Below are positions 9,000 to 19,196 of a stretch of DNA of 32,000 nt, piece after piece. Positions within the stretch are counted from its first letter, which is position 1; each line of letters opens with the position of its first letter. This DNA comes from Candidatus Nanobsidianus stetteri. GTDB lineage: Archaea > Nanobdellota > Nanobdellia > Nanobdellales > Nanobdellaceae. Position numbers and translations under genes: made by a program. The notes beneath the pieces were generated by a model, which searched no databases, was not told where the DNA came from, and was given only the letters and a program-made list of their open reading frames with translations. The stretch spans positions 43,014 to 75,013 of the forward strand of contig APJZ01000003.1 in assembly GCA_000387965.1 (NCBI GenBank), read 5' to 3'.

Positions 9000-10280
9000 C
9001 TAATACTTAATTTCAATTTCTTTTTCCCCTATCTTAATATATAGATATTTAACTTTTTTCCTAATACTATTTTTATAATTGTTTATTATAAATTCTAATG
9101 CTTTATATATATCATTTATTTTTCTCTTTGTAACTGCATATATTTTTCCATTTCTAATTATTAATTCCTCATCCTTATGCTTTTCATAAAATCTATTATA
9201 ATCTTTTTCTTCCCATAATAATGGACCCTCTCTTATTTCATATTCTGGTAATTTATCTGGATAATATAATACATAACCATATAAATAATTTTCATCGAAA
9301 AAATAATAGTAATTGAAAATTTTGAATCCAATATTATTTATCCATTTTTTAATATTATTAAATAATGATAAAGCTTTGCTATTTTTTATATCTTTATTAT
9401 TCGAATCTCCCTCAATTTTTAAATATATCATATTTACATTATATTTTTCAGCCAATCTTTTTATTTCATCATAATCCATATATATTTTATTAAAGAAGAA
9501 TTTTTCTTTATCCTCAGATAATAAAAATATCTTAGAATAATATATAAATTCTGAAAATTTTTGTAAAGAAACTGAAGCTGCAACATTTCTATATTTATCA
9601 GTTGGATCAATTATTATTATTGGAGATTTTATTTTATCTTTAGATAAATTTTTCTTTATCTCGTTATAGTTTTTATAATATTTTTCTAAATCTATTATTA
9701 CTTTTGGTCTCCAATTAGATACATTTTTTATTGTATTTTCAAAAGATCCATAATTTATTAATATTAATTCTATTGCATATCCAGAAAATCCTCTAACATA
9801 AGATTCAGCTCCATAAACATTTATATTTTTTGTAAATAATTTTAGTAATCTAACTTCATCCTTCATTTTCTCATTTAATTTACTTATTACATATTTAACA
9901 TGAAATGGTGATAAATCTGTAGTATTTTTAGCTTCCTTTATATCATTTATCTTTAATATTGGGACTAATTCGAATATTAAACCTTTATAACTTACTTTAA
10001 AATAATCTCTAGAACCCCTTATCCTTATATAATCCAAATTCTCTTTCTTTAATACATTTTCAACAATATTAGATATATTTTTATCATCCTTAAATAATAA
10101 GAAAGTATCTACATCAAAATCATTTTTTATCCATGTATCCTTTGCAAAGGATCCTCCTAAAAAGGGTTCTAAATTATTTGATCTTAATATATCAAAAAAT
10201 TCATTTATTATATTATATACTTTCTTTTTTTCTTCTTCAGATGGTTTTATTTTAGATAATATTTTATTATAATCTATCAT
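9000..10280 (-). CDS. cca: archaeal class I CCA-adding tRNA nucleotidyltransferase
   Basis: 426 aa with the catalytic motif GGSFAKDTWIKNDFDVDTFLLF. Its length is typical of the family. The tRNA-Val in this window lacks an encoded CCA. Confidence 0.8.
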   Translation of the reverse strand: MIDYNKILSKIKPSEEEKKKVYNIINEFFDILRSNNLEPFLGGSFAKDTWIKNDFDVDTFLLFKDDKNISNIVENVLKKENLDYIRIRGSRDYFKVSYKGLIFELVPILKINDIKEAKNTTDLSPFHVKYVISKLNEKMKDEVRLLKLFTKNINVYGAESYVRGFSGYAIELILINYGSFENTIKNVSNWRPKVIIDLEKYYKNYNEIKKNLSKDKIKSPIIIIDPTDKYRNVAASVSLQKFSEFIYYSKIFLLSEDKEKFFFNKIYMDYDEIKRLAEKYNVNMIYLKIEGDSNNKDIKNSKALSLFNNIKKWINNIGFKIFNYYYFFDENYLYGYVLYYPDKLPEYEIREGPLLWEEKDYNRFYEKHKDEELIIRNGKIYAVTKRKINDIYKALEFIINNYKNSIRKKVKYLYIKIGEKEIEIKY

Positions 10281-11359
10281 ATTTTAAATCTTAATATTGC
10301 ACCTATTTTAAAGTTTGAAAATTGTTCCCCTTCAGGATGGTTTTTTGATATTATTTCAACTTTTGCATTTGTTTGTTTTATTAAATCCATTAATTCTTTA
10401 ATTTTATCTTTATAATCTTCAGATATTAATATTGTATCTACTGCACCAATTTCTAATGCTTTTTTTACATCATCAAATCCATAAACTACAAGACCTGTAC
10501 CTTTTCCAAGATGTTCAAAAAATAATTTTACTAATTCTATTTCTCTTACATATTCTGTTTTTTCTAATACATCTTTTGCCCTTTCCAATAATTCTTTTAA
10601 TCCATATTCATTTGAATATGCTGTATCATATACACCTAGAACTTTTTGTTTAAGATGATATGGTAAATAATCCCCATTAACAAATTGTTCTTTAAGTAAT
10701 CCAGGTCCTCCAACCAAAATACCAACCAACTTATCTAAATCTTTTTCAAAATAGTTTCTAACTTCATCTGCTAAATATTTTAACCATAAATGAACATCTT
10801 GTTCTATTAGCCTTTGAAATCTTACAGAAGATTGTCCTCCCGCTCTTATTTTACCAGGAACCCATGATTGTTTATTTTCTAATATTATTAGTTGATTACC
10901 TTTTAATACTCCTATAGAAGCTTCTCCCCTATCTAAAACAATCAATCCATATATTTGTTTTGGTAATATTAGTTCTTTTAACGGATCTAATACAAATCTA
11001 GAATCACATCTATATAATCTAATATTTAATTTGTCTGGAGGTTCTATCGCCCATAACCTAATATCGACATCTCCAGGCTTATTTGAAATATTTCCACAGA
11101 ATATTACTAAACCCCTCTCAGGAAGTTTTTTTAATCCTTTTAGATAATTTATAATTTTTGCCAATGCATCCATTACATGTTGTCTGGTATTTTTATCCTT
11201 AATGTTTTGTGCAGTTGAATATTCATAACTTAAATGATCTAGAACTTTGGCTAAATCATATCCAGCTGGTATATAGTATGAAATTAGTTCTGTGGCTCTA
11301 CCATTATAATTACTTAATTCTTCTATTAACATTTGTAATTCAAGTTCTTCAACATCCAT
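10277..11359 (-). CDS. prf1: peptide chain release factor aRF1
   Basis: 360 aa. It has the GGQ motif (RAGGQSSVRFQR), the YxCxxxF motif (YRCDSRF) and a NIKS-position motif that reads NIKD. Confidence 0.9.
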   Translation of the reverse strand: MDVEELELQMLIEELSNYNGRATELISYYIPAGYDLAKVLDHLSYEYSTAQNIKDKNTRQHVMDALAKIINYLKGLKKLPERGLVIFCGNISNKPGDVDIRLWAIEPPDKLNIRLYRCDSRFVLDPLKELILPKQIYGLIVLDRGEASIGVLKGNQLIILENKQSWVPGKIRAGGQSSVRFQRLIEQDVHLWLKYLADEVRNYFEKDLDKLVGILVGGPGLLKEQFVNGDYLPYHLKQKVLGVYDTAYSNEYGLKELLERAKDVLEKTEYVREIELVKLFFEHLGKGTGLVVYGFDDVKKALEIGAVDTILISEDYKDKIKELMDLIKQTNAKVEIISKNHPEGEQFSNFKIGAILRFKI

Positions 11360-11383
11360 TATATAGAAAATTATGAATAATTT

Positions 11384-12076
11384 TTAAATACCAATGTATT
11401 CTCTTATATATTTCATATCATAATCTAAGTCCAATTTTTTTGATATGTTTAATATATTGTTTAAATCTCTATTAAGAAATTCTTCAGAATATGGAGAATC
11501 AGTTGGTATCGATTGAGATACATCTATTATATATGGAACATTATTAAATATAATTATATTATATTCTGAAAAATCTCCATGAATTAATTTAGCTTTATTA
11601 TATATTTTTTTATATTGATCCAATATATCAAAAAATAATCCTTCCTTATTTTCAATTGAATCATAACTATCATGTAATAATAATGGCCCTTTTTCATAAC
11701 CTACATATTCCATTACTAATATATTTCCCTTATATAAGTATGGAATTGGAACTCTTACCAAATTTTTATACATTTTTCTTAAATTCATATATTCTTTTTT
11801 TACCCATGTATATATTATTCCAATCTTTGTTCTTGGAAATTTATATATTCTTGGATCTGCCTTTAAATAATTTACCTGTTCTTTATAACTTATTGACATT
11901 ATTTTATATATCTTTATTGCAAATTTTCCAGATCTTACAACAATTGCTTCTTTACCTTCAGATATTAATGTTAAATCATCTTCAATATAATGATCTTTAT
12001 ACAATTTATCTAAATAGTATAATGTATTTTTATCAAATACCTTTCCATATACCTTCCATATTTCCCTATATTTCAT
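11384..12076 (-). CDS. RIO-type atypical serine protein kinase
   Basis: 230 aa with GKEAIVV...K, the catalytic LIHGDFSEYNIII, and IIDVSQS. Confidence 0.8.
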   Translation of the reverse strand: MKYREIWKVYGKVFDKNTLYYLDKLYKDHYIEDDLTLISEGKEAIVVRSGKFAIKIYKIMSISYKEQVNYLKADPRIYKFPRTKIGIIYTWVKKEYMNLRKMYKNLVRVPIPYLYKGNILVMEYVGYEKGPLLLHDSYDSIENKEGLFFDILDQYKKIYNKAKLIHGDFSEYNIIIFNNVPYIIDVSQSIPTDSPYSEEFLNRDLNNILNISKKLDLDYDMKYIREYIGI

Positions 12077-12825
12077 ATTAATATATCTATAAGACTAGTT
12101 CTTAAGCCTGGTAGAAATCCTAAATAAAATAACATTAAGTATATTACATTTCTTAGATCATCCTTTAAATAATATTTTGTATAAAGGGCAATAAATAATG
12201 TTAAAAATAGTTTTAATCCATAAAATAATAATGGATTATTATATTGAAAAATAAGGATATTTAATAACTGATGTTCAGATTGTAAATTAAAATAATATAC
12301 TGAGATAATTGAAAAAATAGTTTCATAGATTTCCCCAAATATTGATAAATAGAATAATTTTTCTGTATATGATAAATAAATTAAAATAGAAAATAATAAA
12401 ATGAATATTAAAGATGGTAATAAATTTATTGGCCTTCCAAAAATAAAAAATGGAATTTCCAATATTAAAATTACCAATAATATATATAGGTAATATTTTC
12501 TGTATTTATATAAAAATAGAACTGGTAAAAAAGATATTAAGATCCATAGTTCTAATAGAGGTGTAAATAATAAATATGTTTTTATTGTATAACCAAGATC
12601 AATATTTACTCTTGGAATAATAAATATTGTAGTTAAAATAATTAGATCTAATAAAAAATATCTATCAATAATTACTTTTTTATTTTTTACAAAGAGATAA
12701 TAAAAAAGAATAAAACCTACAACAAATAATAATCCATATAAAAATGTATTATATATATTATATTGATATTGATATCCTATTACTGGATATATAAAATATT
12801 GATAAAAAATTTGATATAAATTCAT
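12073..12825 (-). CDS. polytopic integral membrane protein, function unknown
   Basis: 250 aa with about 7-8 hydrophobic segments. It is translationally coupled to both neighbours through overlapping stop and start codons. Confidence 0.5.
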   Translation of the reverse strand: MNLYQIFYQYFIYPVIGYQYQYNIYNTFLYGLLFVVGFILFYYLFVKNKKVIIDRYFLLDLIILTTIFIIPRVNIDLGYTIKTYLLFTPLLELWILISFLPVLFLYKYRKYYLYILLVILILEIPFFIFGRPINLLPSLIFILLFSILIYLSYTEKLFYLSIFGEIYETIFSIISVYYFNLQSEHQLLNILIFQYNNPLLFYGLKLFLTLFIALYTKYYLKDDLRNVIYLMLFYLGFLPGLRTSLIDILI

Positions 12826-13217
12826 TAACGCCTATAATATTGAAAATATTGGAGTAAATTGTTTAATAGAGCAATTATATTATCTAACTTCGTTGCAATT
12901 GTATCTAATTTTGTATTTAGCATTTGTATTAAATTATAATCAAAATTTGAATATTGATTATTATATCCATAATTTTGTGGAAAATTTGGTAAATATGCTT
13001 GAGGATTTAATTGTCCTGGAAATTGATTTTGTTGAAGTGTATTTTGACTTTGAATTGGTGGTGGAGGAGGTGGTAATAATGGCTCATTTGGATATGGACC
13101 TGGAGGATAATTTCCTGGTCCTTCTGGTGGGTAATTCATAAAATCTCCCTGTTGGTTTATACCATAATCTTCATTATCCCTTTTTCCAAAAAGATTCTTA
13201 ATAAAATCCAATGCCAT
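12825..13217 (-). CDS. P/Q/N-rich low-complexity protein with C-terminal helix (paralog of 4159-4863)
   Basis: 130 aa. The N-terminus is MALDFIKNLFGKRDNED, followed by a proline-rich core (PPPPPP encoded by a local G+C spike at ~13050-13080). The C-terminal segment NFDYNLIQMLNTKLDTIATKLDNI resembles NFSIDDRLEQYINNTINDILKDKLNE of the 234-aa protein. Confidence 0.5.
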   Translation of the reverse strand: MALDFIKNLFGKRDNEDYGINQQGDFMNYPPEGPGNYPPGPYPNEPLLPPPPPPIQSQNTLQQNQFPGQLNPQAYLPNFPQNYGYNNQYSNFDYNLIQMLNTKLDTIATKLDNIIALLNNLLQYFQYYRR

Positions 13218-13248
13218 ATAATATTATAAAATTCCTTAATATATAAAA

Positions 13249-13872
13249 TTATTCTTCTTCCTCTTCCAAACCCTTTTCCATAAATTCTTCATAAGATATA
13301 GGTAATTCTCCCTTTTTAGATAATAATCCCCTATTCCTTAAGTATTCTCTAGCAATAATATAATATAATAAAGCTAAAGATTTTGCCCCTCTATTATTTG
13401 CCGGTATAGCAATATCTATATAACTTAAAGAATTATTTGTATCAACAAAAGCAATTGTTATTTTTCCAGTTCTATATGCATCCAATAAAGCATTTCTATC
13501 AAGTATAGGATCTGTTATTATAACAACATCAACATCCTTAAATATATCTAAGGCAGGATTTGTTAATAATCCTGGAGGATATCTCTTTGGATAAACATTT
13601 ATTCCAGTATACTTATTTAACATTTGAAGTGGTTTTCTTGCAGTTTCTCTTCTTCCAACTGCTAATATTTGATATGGTTCATATCTAGATAATAATTTTG
13701 TTGATAATCTCAATCTTTCATCCAATTTTATTACATCTATAATTGCCAATCCATCAGATCTTACTCTAGCAATAAACTTTTTTGTTTGTTTATTCTTTAT
13801 TTTTGTACCTATATGAACACCCGCTTTTATATATTCCTCCAAACTAACCAACCAAATATTTTCTTGTGCCAT
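13249..13872 (-). CDS. rps2: ribosomal protein uS2
   Basis: It matches uS2 (GVHIGTK..., ITDPILDRNAL, IPANNRGAKSLAL). I place the start at the internal Met (MAQENIW, ATG 13872), which sits 1 nt after the uL2 stop, rather than at 13920, which would overlap uL2 by 47 nt. Confidence 0.88.
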   Translation of the reverse strand: MAQENIWLVSLEEYIKAGVHIGTKIKNKQTKKFIARVRSDGLAIIDVIKLDERLRLSTKLLSRYEPYQILAVGRRETARKPLQMLNKYTGINVYPKRYPPGLLTNPALDIFKDVDVVIITDPILDRNALLDAYRTGKITIAFVDTNNSLSYIDIAIPANNRGAKSLALLYYIIAREYLRNRGLLSKKGELPISYEEFMEKGLEEEEE

Positions 13873-13873
13873 T

Positions 13874-14605
13874 TTATATTGCTTTCTTTCTTCCTGTTCT
13901 CCTTGAGCCATATTTACCATACTTTATTGGATATCCATGCTTTGGTAATGGAGTCATTCCACCCTTATTTCTCTTATGTTTACCTCCCAATGGATGATCT
14001 GCAGCATTTCTTGCAGTTGGTTTACTAATTGGCCAATTTCTATGATGAGCTTTTTTAAAATAATATTTATTTCCAGCTTTAACAAATGGTTTATCCGTTC
14101 TTCCACCTCCGGCAACTATTCCAAATATTGCTCTAGAATATAAATTGACCATCTTTGTTTTTCCAGATGGTAATTTTAATATTGCATATTTATCTGTTTT
14201 TTGAACTAATATACATGATGTACCAGATGTTCTTGCAATCTTTCCACCATCACCAGGAGAAATTTCTACCATACAAACACTTGATCCATCTGGAATAACC
14301 TTTAGTGGTAAAATATTTCCATTTTCTACTGGAGCATTTACACCTGCATAAATTTCTTTTCCAACATATAAACCTTCAACAGCGGGAACTAAAATTGTTT
14401 CCCCAGTTTCAAATTTTATCTTGGCAATTGGAGCATAATGAACCTTATCTTTTATTATATCTACAACAATACCTTTTACCTTATCTTTCATTTCTTTTTC
14501 ATCTAAAGGTCTAAAATAAAATTCTCCTATTGAATAAAAATCTGGGACCTTATATATATTCTTTCCTTTACCTAACCTCTGTTGTAATATTGTATTTCCA
14601 CCCAT
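13874..14605 (-). CDS. rpl2: ribosomal protein uL2
   Basis: 243 aa with ARNAADHPLGGKHKRNKGG and GRTDKPFVKAGNKY, which are canonical uL2 motifs. Confidence 0.95.
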   Translation of the reverse strand: MGGNTILQQRLGKGKNIYKVPDFYSIGEFYFRPLDEKEMKDKVKGIVVDIIKDKVHYAPIAKIKFETGETILVPAVEGLYVGKEIYAGVNAPVENGNILPLKVIPDGSSVCMVEISPGDGGKIARTSGTSCILVQKTDKYAILKLPSGKTKMVNLYSRAIFGIVAGGGRTDKPFVKAGNKYYFKKAHHRNWPISKPTARNAADHPLGGKHKRNKGGMTPLPKHGYPIKYGKYGSRRTGRKKAI

Positions 14606-14606
14606 T

Positions 14607-14867
14607 TTATATTAATCCTAATTTAGATAATATATCTTGAGCCTTATATTCCTTTTCTAATGTAACATATGCCTTTTTTCTTCCTTTATAATCTATTAAT
14701 GTATTTAATTTTTTTACTTTAACATTAAATAATTTTTCAACAGCCTCTTTTATATCTTTCTTTGTAGAAGACCTATTTACAATAAAAATGACCTTATTAT
14801 ATTTATCAAGTAAATACATATCTTTTTCTGTTAATTCAGCATAAAGTATAACATCTTTTATATCCAT
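14607..14867 (-). CDS. rpl23: ribosomal protein uL23
   Basis: 86 aa. Both its position between uL4 and uL2 and its sequence (TEKDMYLL...KKAYVTL) fit uL23. Confidence 0.85.
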   Translation of the reverse strand: MDIKDVILYAELTEKDMYLLDKYNKVIFIVNRSSTKKDIKEAVEKLFNVKVKKLNTLIDYKGRKKAYVTLEKEYKAQDILSKLGLI

Positions 14868-14876
14868 CTTATAATT

Positions 14877-15704
14877 TCATATGTATAAATTTCTTAAATC
14901 TTCTATTGCCTTTTCACTCCATATAATAAATCTACCCAATTTACCACCAGGAGCCAATTTTTCTATATTTAATTGATCTACTTTTGAAAACTCTACACCA
15001 TCAATGGAAACCTTTGGTAATTGAGAATCGGAAGATAATACAAATAAAATTCCTCTATATTTTTTTATTCTCCTATTCCTCATTTTTCCCTTTCCAGCTC
15101 TTTGTTTTTTATTTTCTTTTATATATTCGATAAAGTTTATTATCTTTAATTTATTAAATAAATCTCTATATTCTTTCGCTTTCTTTAATTCTTCTAGATT
15201 AGATATAACAATTGGTAGACCAAAAGTATTAATTGATTCATTTAAATAAATAAAAGATTTTATATATCTATTTTTTATATAATCTAAATTTGAAGATGCA
15301 GAAATTGCAGATAATATTGCTAATCTTTTTTCTTTTTTATTTATTTTTTTATACCAATTTTTTTCTGGTTTTGGTGGATGAGCTCTCCTTCCCTTTACAG
15401 AACCTGGTATTACTCTAGCTATCCATATAAAATTACCAGCAATCTTTGCAAATATTGATCTAGGAACCCTTGATATACCCCTTTTATATGAAGATCTATA
15501 TGTATATCTCCTCTTTGATGTCCATGCAGAAGCTTCCATACCTGCATATTTATATGAACCATATGGTACTCTATGACTTAACATATATGCTCTAAATACT
15601 TTATATACTATATCTTCTCTTATTTCATATTTAAAGTGTTCTGGTAATTCTATTTCTTTTATTTTATTACCTTCCTTATCATAAACTGGTATCATATTTT
15701 CCAT
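14877..15704 (-). CDS. rpl4: ribosomal protein uL4
   Basis: 275 aa with GRRAHPPK and QRAGKGKMRNRR motifs, located upstream of uL23. Confidence 0.85.
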   Translation of the reverse strand: MENMIPVYDKEGNKIKEIELPEHFKYEIREDIVYKVFRAYMLSHRVPYGSYKYAGMEASAWTSKRRYTYRSSYKRGISRVPRSIFAKIAGNFIWIARVIPGSVKGRRAHPPKPEKNWYKKINKKEKRLAILSAISASSNLDYIKNRYIKSFIYLNESINTFGLPIVISNLEELKKAKEYRDLFNKLKIINFIEYIKENKKQRAGKGKMRNRRIKKYRGILFVLSSDSQLPKVSIDGVEFSKVDQLNIEKLAPGGKLGRFIIWSEKAIEDLRNLYI

Positions 15705-15767
15705 GGCTATATTTTATATATAAAACATATTTAAATCTTTATAATAACTCACATTAACTATTAAGAT

Positions 15768-17417
15768 ATGTATGAACTTATTAATGATATTATAAAAAAG
15801 AGCCTTAGAAAGATTACCATAATATTTAGTATAATAATTGCATTAATAATTATAATAGGAAAATATTTACCGGTATTAAAAATATACTATCCAATTTTAT
15901 ATTTGTCAGCAGTTGTTTTTTCATTGGAGGTTATATTTCTAGAATATTATAAAACAAAAAAATCATTGGATAAATCCTTACTATATTATATAGCATATTT
16001 ATATTCTCTCTCATTTTCTACAAGTAATATTAAAAGATTATTAGAAATTGCAATTGAAGAAAAAACAGAATTTAAGGATATAAATTATTATATGTCAAAA
16101 ATTCTTTTTTTAACAAATAAATATAATTATACAATCCCAGAAGCTATAAGATATGTATTACCATATATTCCAAATAGTAATTTTAAAAGTTTTTTAGAGA
16201 GATTTGCAACTTCAATTGATATTGGCGAAGAAATATCAGAATTTTTATATAAAGAATATGAAACACAATTAGCAATATATGAAGCAAATTATGAAAAAGG
16301 TTTAGAAAATATAAGATTATTAGATGAATTTATAATATCTTTATTATCATCTTTAGGATTTGCATTTTCTTTAATATTGTTTATACCATTCTTAGTAAGT
16401 GCAAATATAATATTTTTACTAGCAGATTTTTTTATAATATTCATTGTAATTAATTTACTCATATATTATGTATCAAAATATTATATCCCTGATGATGGAT
16501 TATGGTCTCATTCAAAAGAAAAACCAAAAGAATATATAACAATAAGATATTTATTTTACATTTTATCATTCTTATCTTATATATTATTTTTAGCATTATT
16601 TTTAGTATTAAAATTACAATTATTAGAGGCCTTTGCAATAGCAGTTACACCCTTAGCATATGTAAGCTATAGGATGATATTATTAGAGAGAGCATTAAAA
16701 ATAAAGGAAAATCATTTTCCAGCATTCTTTAGTAGTATAATAGAATATTCAGAAATATTTGGAAGTAATCAAACAAAAATATTGGATAATGTTATTATAC
16801 ATGATTTTGGTTTATTAAATGAAGATATTAACAGATTAAGGAAAAGGATAAACATAACAAAAAATTATTCCGAATCTTGGAGATATTTTATAGTTGAATT
16901 GGGTAGTTCTATTGCAGAAAAAATAATAAAGGTATTTGAAAAAGTTTTATCATATAATGGAGATACAAAAAAAGCAGGAGATATGTTATATAATATATTA
17001 ATAAAGATAATTGAGCTTAGATCTAGAAAATCTCAATTTATATCAAATTTAAGGGGTATTATATATGGAACATATATAGCATTTATAGCAATTTTATTCA
17101 TAATTGCTCAAATATTATATTTATTAAACCAGATGTTTCAAGGTGTATCTACAGCACTTGGTTCTGCAGTAGCTCAGATAGGTATAAATATATATACATT
17201 TTCAATACCTTTATATATATTGCAGGATTATATATTTGTAATATCTATTATTGAAGCTTTTATTTTAGCAGGAGCATTGAAAAATATAGATGGAGGATCT
17301 AAACTTGGAATGTTCCTGGATGCGACAGTTATGATATGGTTAAGTGCATTATTGAATATTTTGGTATATTATTTATTTACATATGTATTTTCGGGTCTAT
17401 CTTTAGTAAAGCTATAA
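15768..17417 (+). CDS. FlaJ/TadC-like polytopic membrane protein (second paralog in the window)
   Basis: 549 aa. It has two repeated cytoplasmic helical domains (IPEAIRYVLPYIPNSNFKSFLERFATSIDIGEEISEFL and FPAFFSSIIEYSEIFGSNQTK...), each followed by clustered TM segments. Confidence 0.65.
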   Translation: MYELINDIIKKSLRKITIIFSIIIALIIIIGKYLPVLKIYYPILYLSAVVFSLEVIFLEYYKTKKSLDKSLLYYIAYLYSLSFSTSNIKRLLEIAIEEKTEFKDINYYMSKILFLTNKYNYTIPEAIRYVLPYIPNSNFKSFLERFATSIDIGEEISEFLYKEYETQLAIYEANYEKGLENIRLLDEFIISLLSSLGFAFSLILFIPFLVSANIIFLLADFFIIFIVINLLIYYVSKYYIPDDGLWSHSKEKPKEYITIRYLFYILSFLSYILFLALFLVLKLQLLEAFAIAVTPLAYVSYRMILLERALKIKENHFPAFFSSIIEYSEIFGSNQTKILDNVIIHDFGLLNEDINRLRKRINITKNYSESWRYFIVELGSSIAEKIIKVFEKVLSYNGDTKKAGDMLYNILIKIIELRSRKSQFISNLRGIIYGTYIAFIAILFIIAQILYLLNQMFQGVSTALGSAVAQIGINIYTFSIPLYILQDYIFVISIIEAFILAGALKNIDGGSKLGMFLDATVMIWLSALLNILVYYLFTYVFSGLSLVKL

Positions 17418-17857
17418 TTTATTTTTCTTTCTTTTGGTATAAAATCTTTCAATATATTATTTTTAATATAAACACTACATAAAATATCATTACCATCTTT
17501 TGCTATATAAAAACCATTTTCATAATTTTTTTCCAATTTTATATTTTCATAGAATTTATAAAAAAGGTTTTCCTTTTTTATTTCAATAATTTTATTAGAA
17601 TTTATTCCAAAAATTTGTGCACCTTCTATACTAAATCTATATATATTATTTTTCTCTATTTTAATTACATATAAACCATATTTTTTTATATATTTTTCAT
17701 CTAAAAAATCTGGAAAATTTTTATTAAACATATATATTTTATCTTTATTAATGAAAAATCTATATTTCTTTATTATTGACTTATCTATATTTATATTATA
17801 ATATTCTTCTATTTTCTTGAATATTTCTTCTATATTCTTTTTATTTAATTCCTTCAT
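17369..17857 (-). CDS. small conserved protein, possibly NIP7/PUA-like (tentative)
   Basis: 162 aa. GLYVIKIEKNNIYRFSIEGAQIFG resembles the NIP7-type N-domain/PUA architecture from memory only. It forms an operon with rfcL through a 4-nt overlap. Confidence 0.35.
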   Translation of the reverse strand: MKELNKKNIEEIFKKIEEYYNINIDKSIIKKYRFFINKDKIYMFNKNFPDFLDEKYIKKYGLYVIKIEKNNIYRFSIEGAQIFGINSNKIIEIKKENLFYKFYENIKLEKNYENGFYIAKDGNDILCSVYIKNNILKDFIPKERKINYSFTKDRPENTYVNK

Positions 17858-19080
17858 AATTTTTCTACAGCTTCTTTTATATATGATATTTCATTTTCAT
17901 TAAATCCTAGTATTTTTGCATACTCTTTTCCTATTTTTTCATTTTCTTTCATTAAAACAATTAATGTATTTATATATACTTCCCTAATTCTCTTTTTTGA
18001 TGTATGGACCTTCTTTTGTAAATTTTTTGATAATTCTTCAATTTTTTCCCTTATTTCCTTATTTTGCGATAATTTTTTTACATATTGTGGCATTCTATAT
18101 TTTGTAAATTTATTATATCTCTTTTCTTTTGCTAATGCAACTCCAGCATACATTAATGTTGTAAAATATTTTAATAGATCCCAATATTGTCTTCTATAAA
18201 TTCTTCCATAAAATACAACTGCCAAAGATAACCAATTATAAGCTTCATATATTTCTTTTATATTTTCATATTCATTTGATATATTTTCTTCAACCCATGC
18301 TTTAATTTCCTCAGGATCCATATCTACATCTGCAAATGGTAATGTAGCACCCATTATTGTGTTTGCCTTAAACATTTGACCCAATGCTCTAAATATTGTA
18401 ATCTCCCTTTCTCTATAACCTAAAACTTCTAAATCTTTCAATGTAATATGATTAGTCATTGTTGCCAATGCTTGTAGATCATTTATTGCACTTCTTAAAT
18501 CTCCGGATGATCTTTCTACAAGTGCAGATAATGCATTATCATCAATTGTTATCTTTTCATTTGTACAAATTCTCTTTAATTGTCTTATTATATCGGTATT
18601 TGATAATTTTTTGAATTCAACCATATCACATGAATCTCTTAATTTCTTAAATTTTGGATCCCATGGATCATTTGCAGTCAATATTATAGGCCATCTTGAT
18701 TCTTCTACTATTTTTACCAATGCTCCAATTCCACCTTTATCTTGAAATCCAGCTAGTCCATCTACTTCATCAACCAAAATTATCCTTCCTTTTTTGAAAA
18801 ATGGTTTTCCCTTTATTGCTTCTCCCAATTTTTCATGTATAACCCTTGCATTTCTATTATCAGAAGCATTTAATTCTACAACTTCATAATCTAAATCATT
18901 TGCAATTGCATATATTGATGAAGTCTTTCCAACACCTGGAGGTCCATATATTAATAATGCTTTTTTACTTACATTTGGATATTTTTCAATAAAGGATTTT
19001 ATTTTTCCAATAGCCTCTGATTGATTAATTATTTCATTAATATGTTTTGGTGCATATTTTTTTATCCATGGTTCAACCAT
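17854..19080 (-). CDS. rfcL: replication factor C large subunit
   Basis: 408 aa. It starts with WIKKYAPKHINEI, and has Walker A GPPGVGKTS, Walker B ILVDEVDGL and a sensor region SGDLRSAINDLQ. Confidence 0.88.
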   Translation of the reverse strand: MVEPWIKKYAPKHINEIINQSEAIGKIKSFIEKYPNVSKKALLIYGPPGVGKTSSIYAIANDLDYEVVELNASDNRNARVIHEKLGEAIKGKPFFKKGRIILVDEVDGLAGFQDKGGIGALVKIVEESRWPIILTANDPWDPKFKKLRDSCDMVEFKKLSNTDIIRQLKRICTNEKITIDDNALSALVERSSGDLRSAINDLQALATMTNHITLKDLEVLGYREREITIFRALGQMFKANTIMGATLPFADVDMDPEEIKAWVEENISNEYENIKEIYEAYNWLSLAVVFYGRIYRRQYWDLLKYFTTLMYAGVALAKEKRYNKFTKYRMPQYVKKLSQNKEIREKIEELSKNLQKKVHTSKKRIREVYINTLIVLMKENEKIGKEYAKILGFNENEISYIKEAVEKL

Positions 19081-19127
19081 TATTTATATTTTTATATCAA
19101 AATATATAGATTAATATATGTTATCTA

Positions 19128-19196
19128 ATAGTTACTATTTGATGATAGATAGTAACGATAAATTTAAAAAATTTTTCCAACAATAATTATAGTATG
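19128..19196 (+). promoter_or_regulatory. island promoter/operator cassette, copy A
   Basis: ATAGTTAC-N13-ATAGTAAC boxes, including the inverted repeat TTACTAT-N10-ATAGTAA at 19132-19155. The TATA-like TTTAAAAAA at 19163-19171 is centred ~27 nt before ATG 19194. It is near-identical to copy C (2 substitutions in the first 43 nt). Confidence 0.6.

Noticed and set aside
13873-13920. 16-codon N-terminal extension of uS2 (start at 13920) overlapping uL2 by 47 nt.
   Set aside because: The internal Met at 13872 gives a conventional uS2 N-terminus and sits immediately after the uL2 stop, so the extension is probably not translated.
17369-17417. 49-nt convergent overlap between the FlaJ-like gene and the NIP7-like gene.
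   Set aside because: Short 3'-3' overlaps are common in compact genomes, and both ORFs look genuine up to their stops. Nothing further is suggested.
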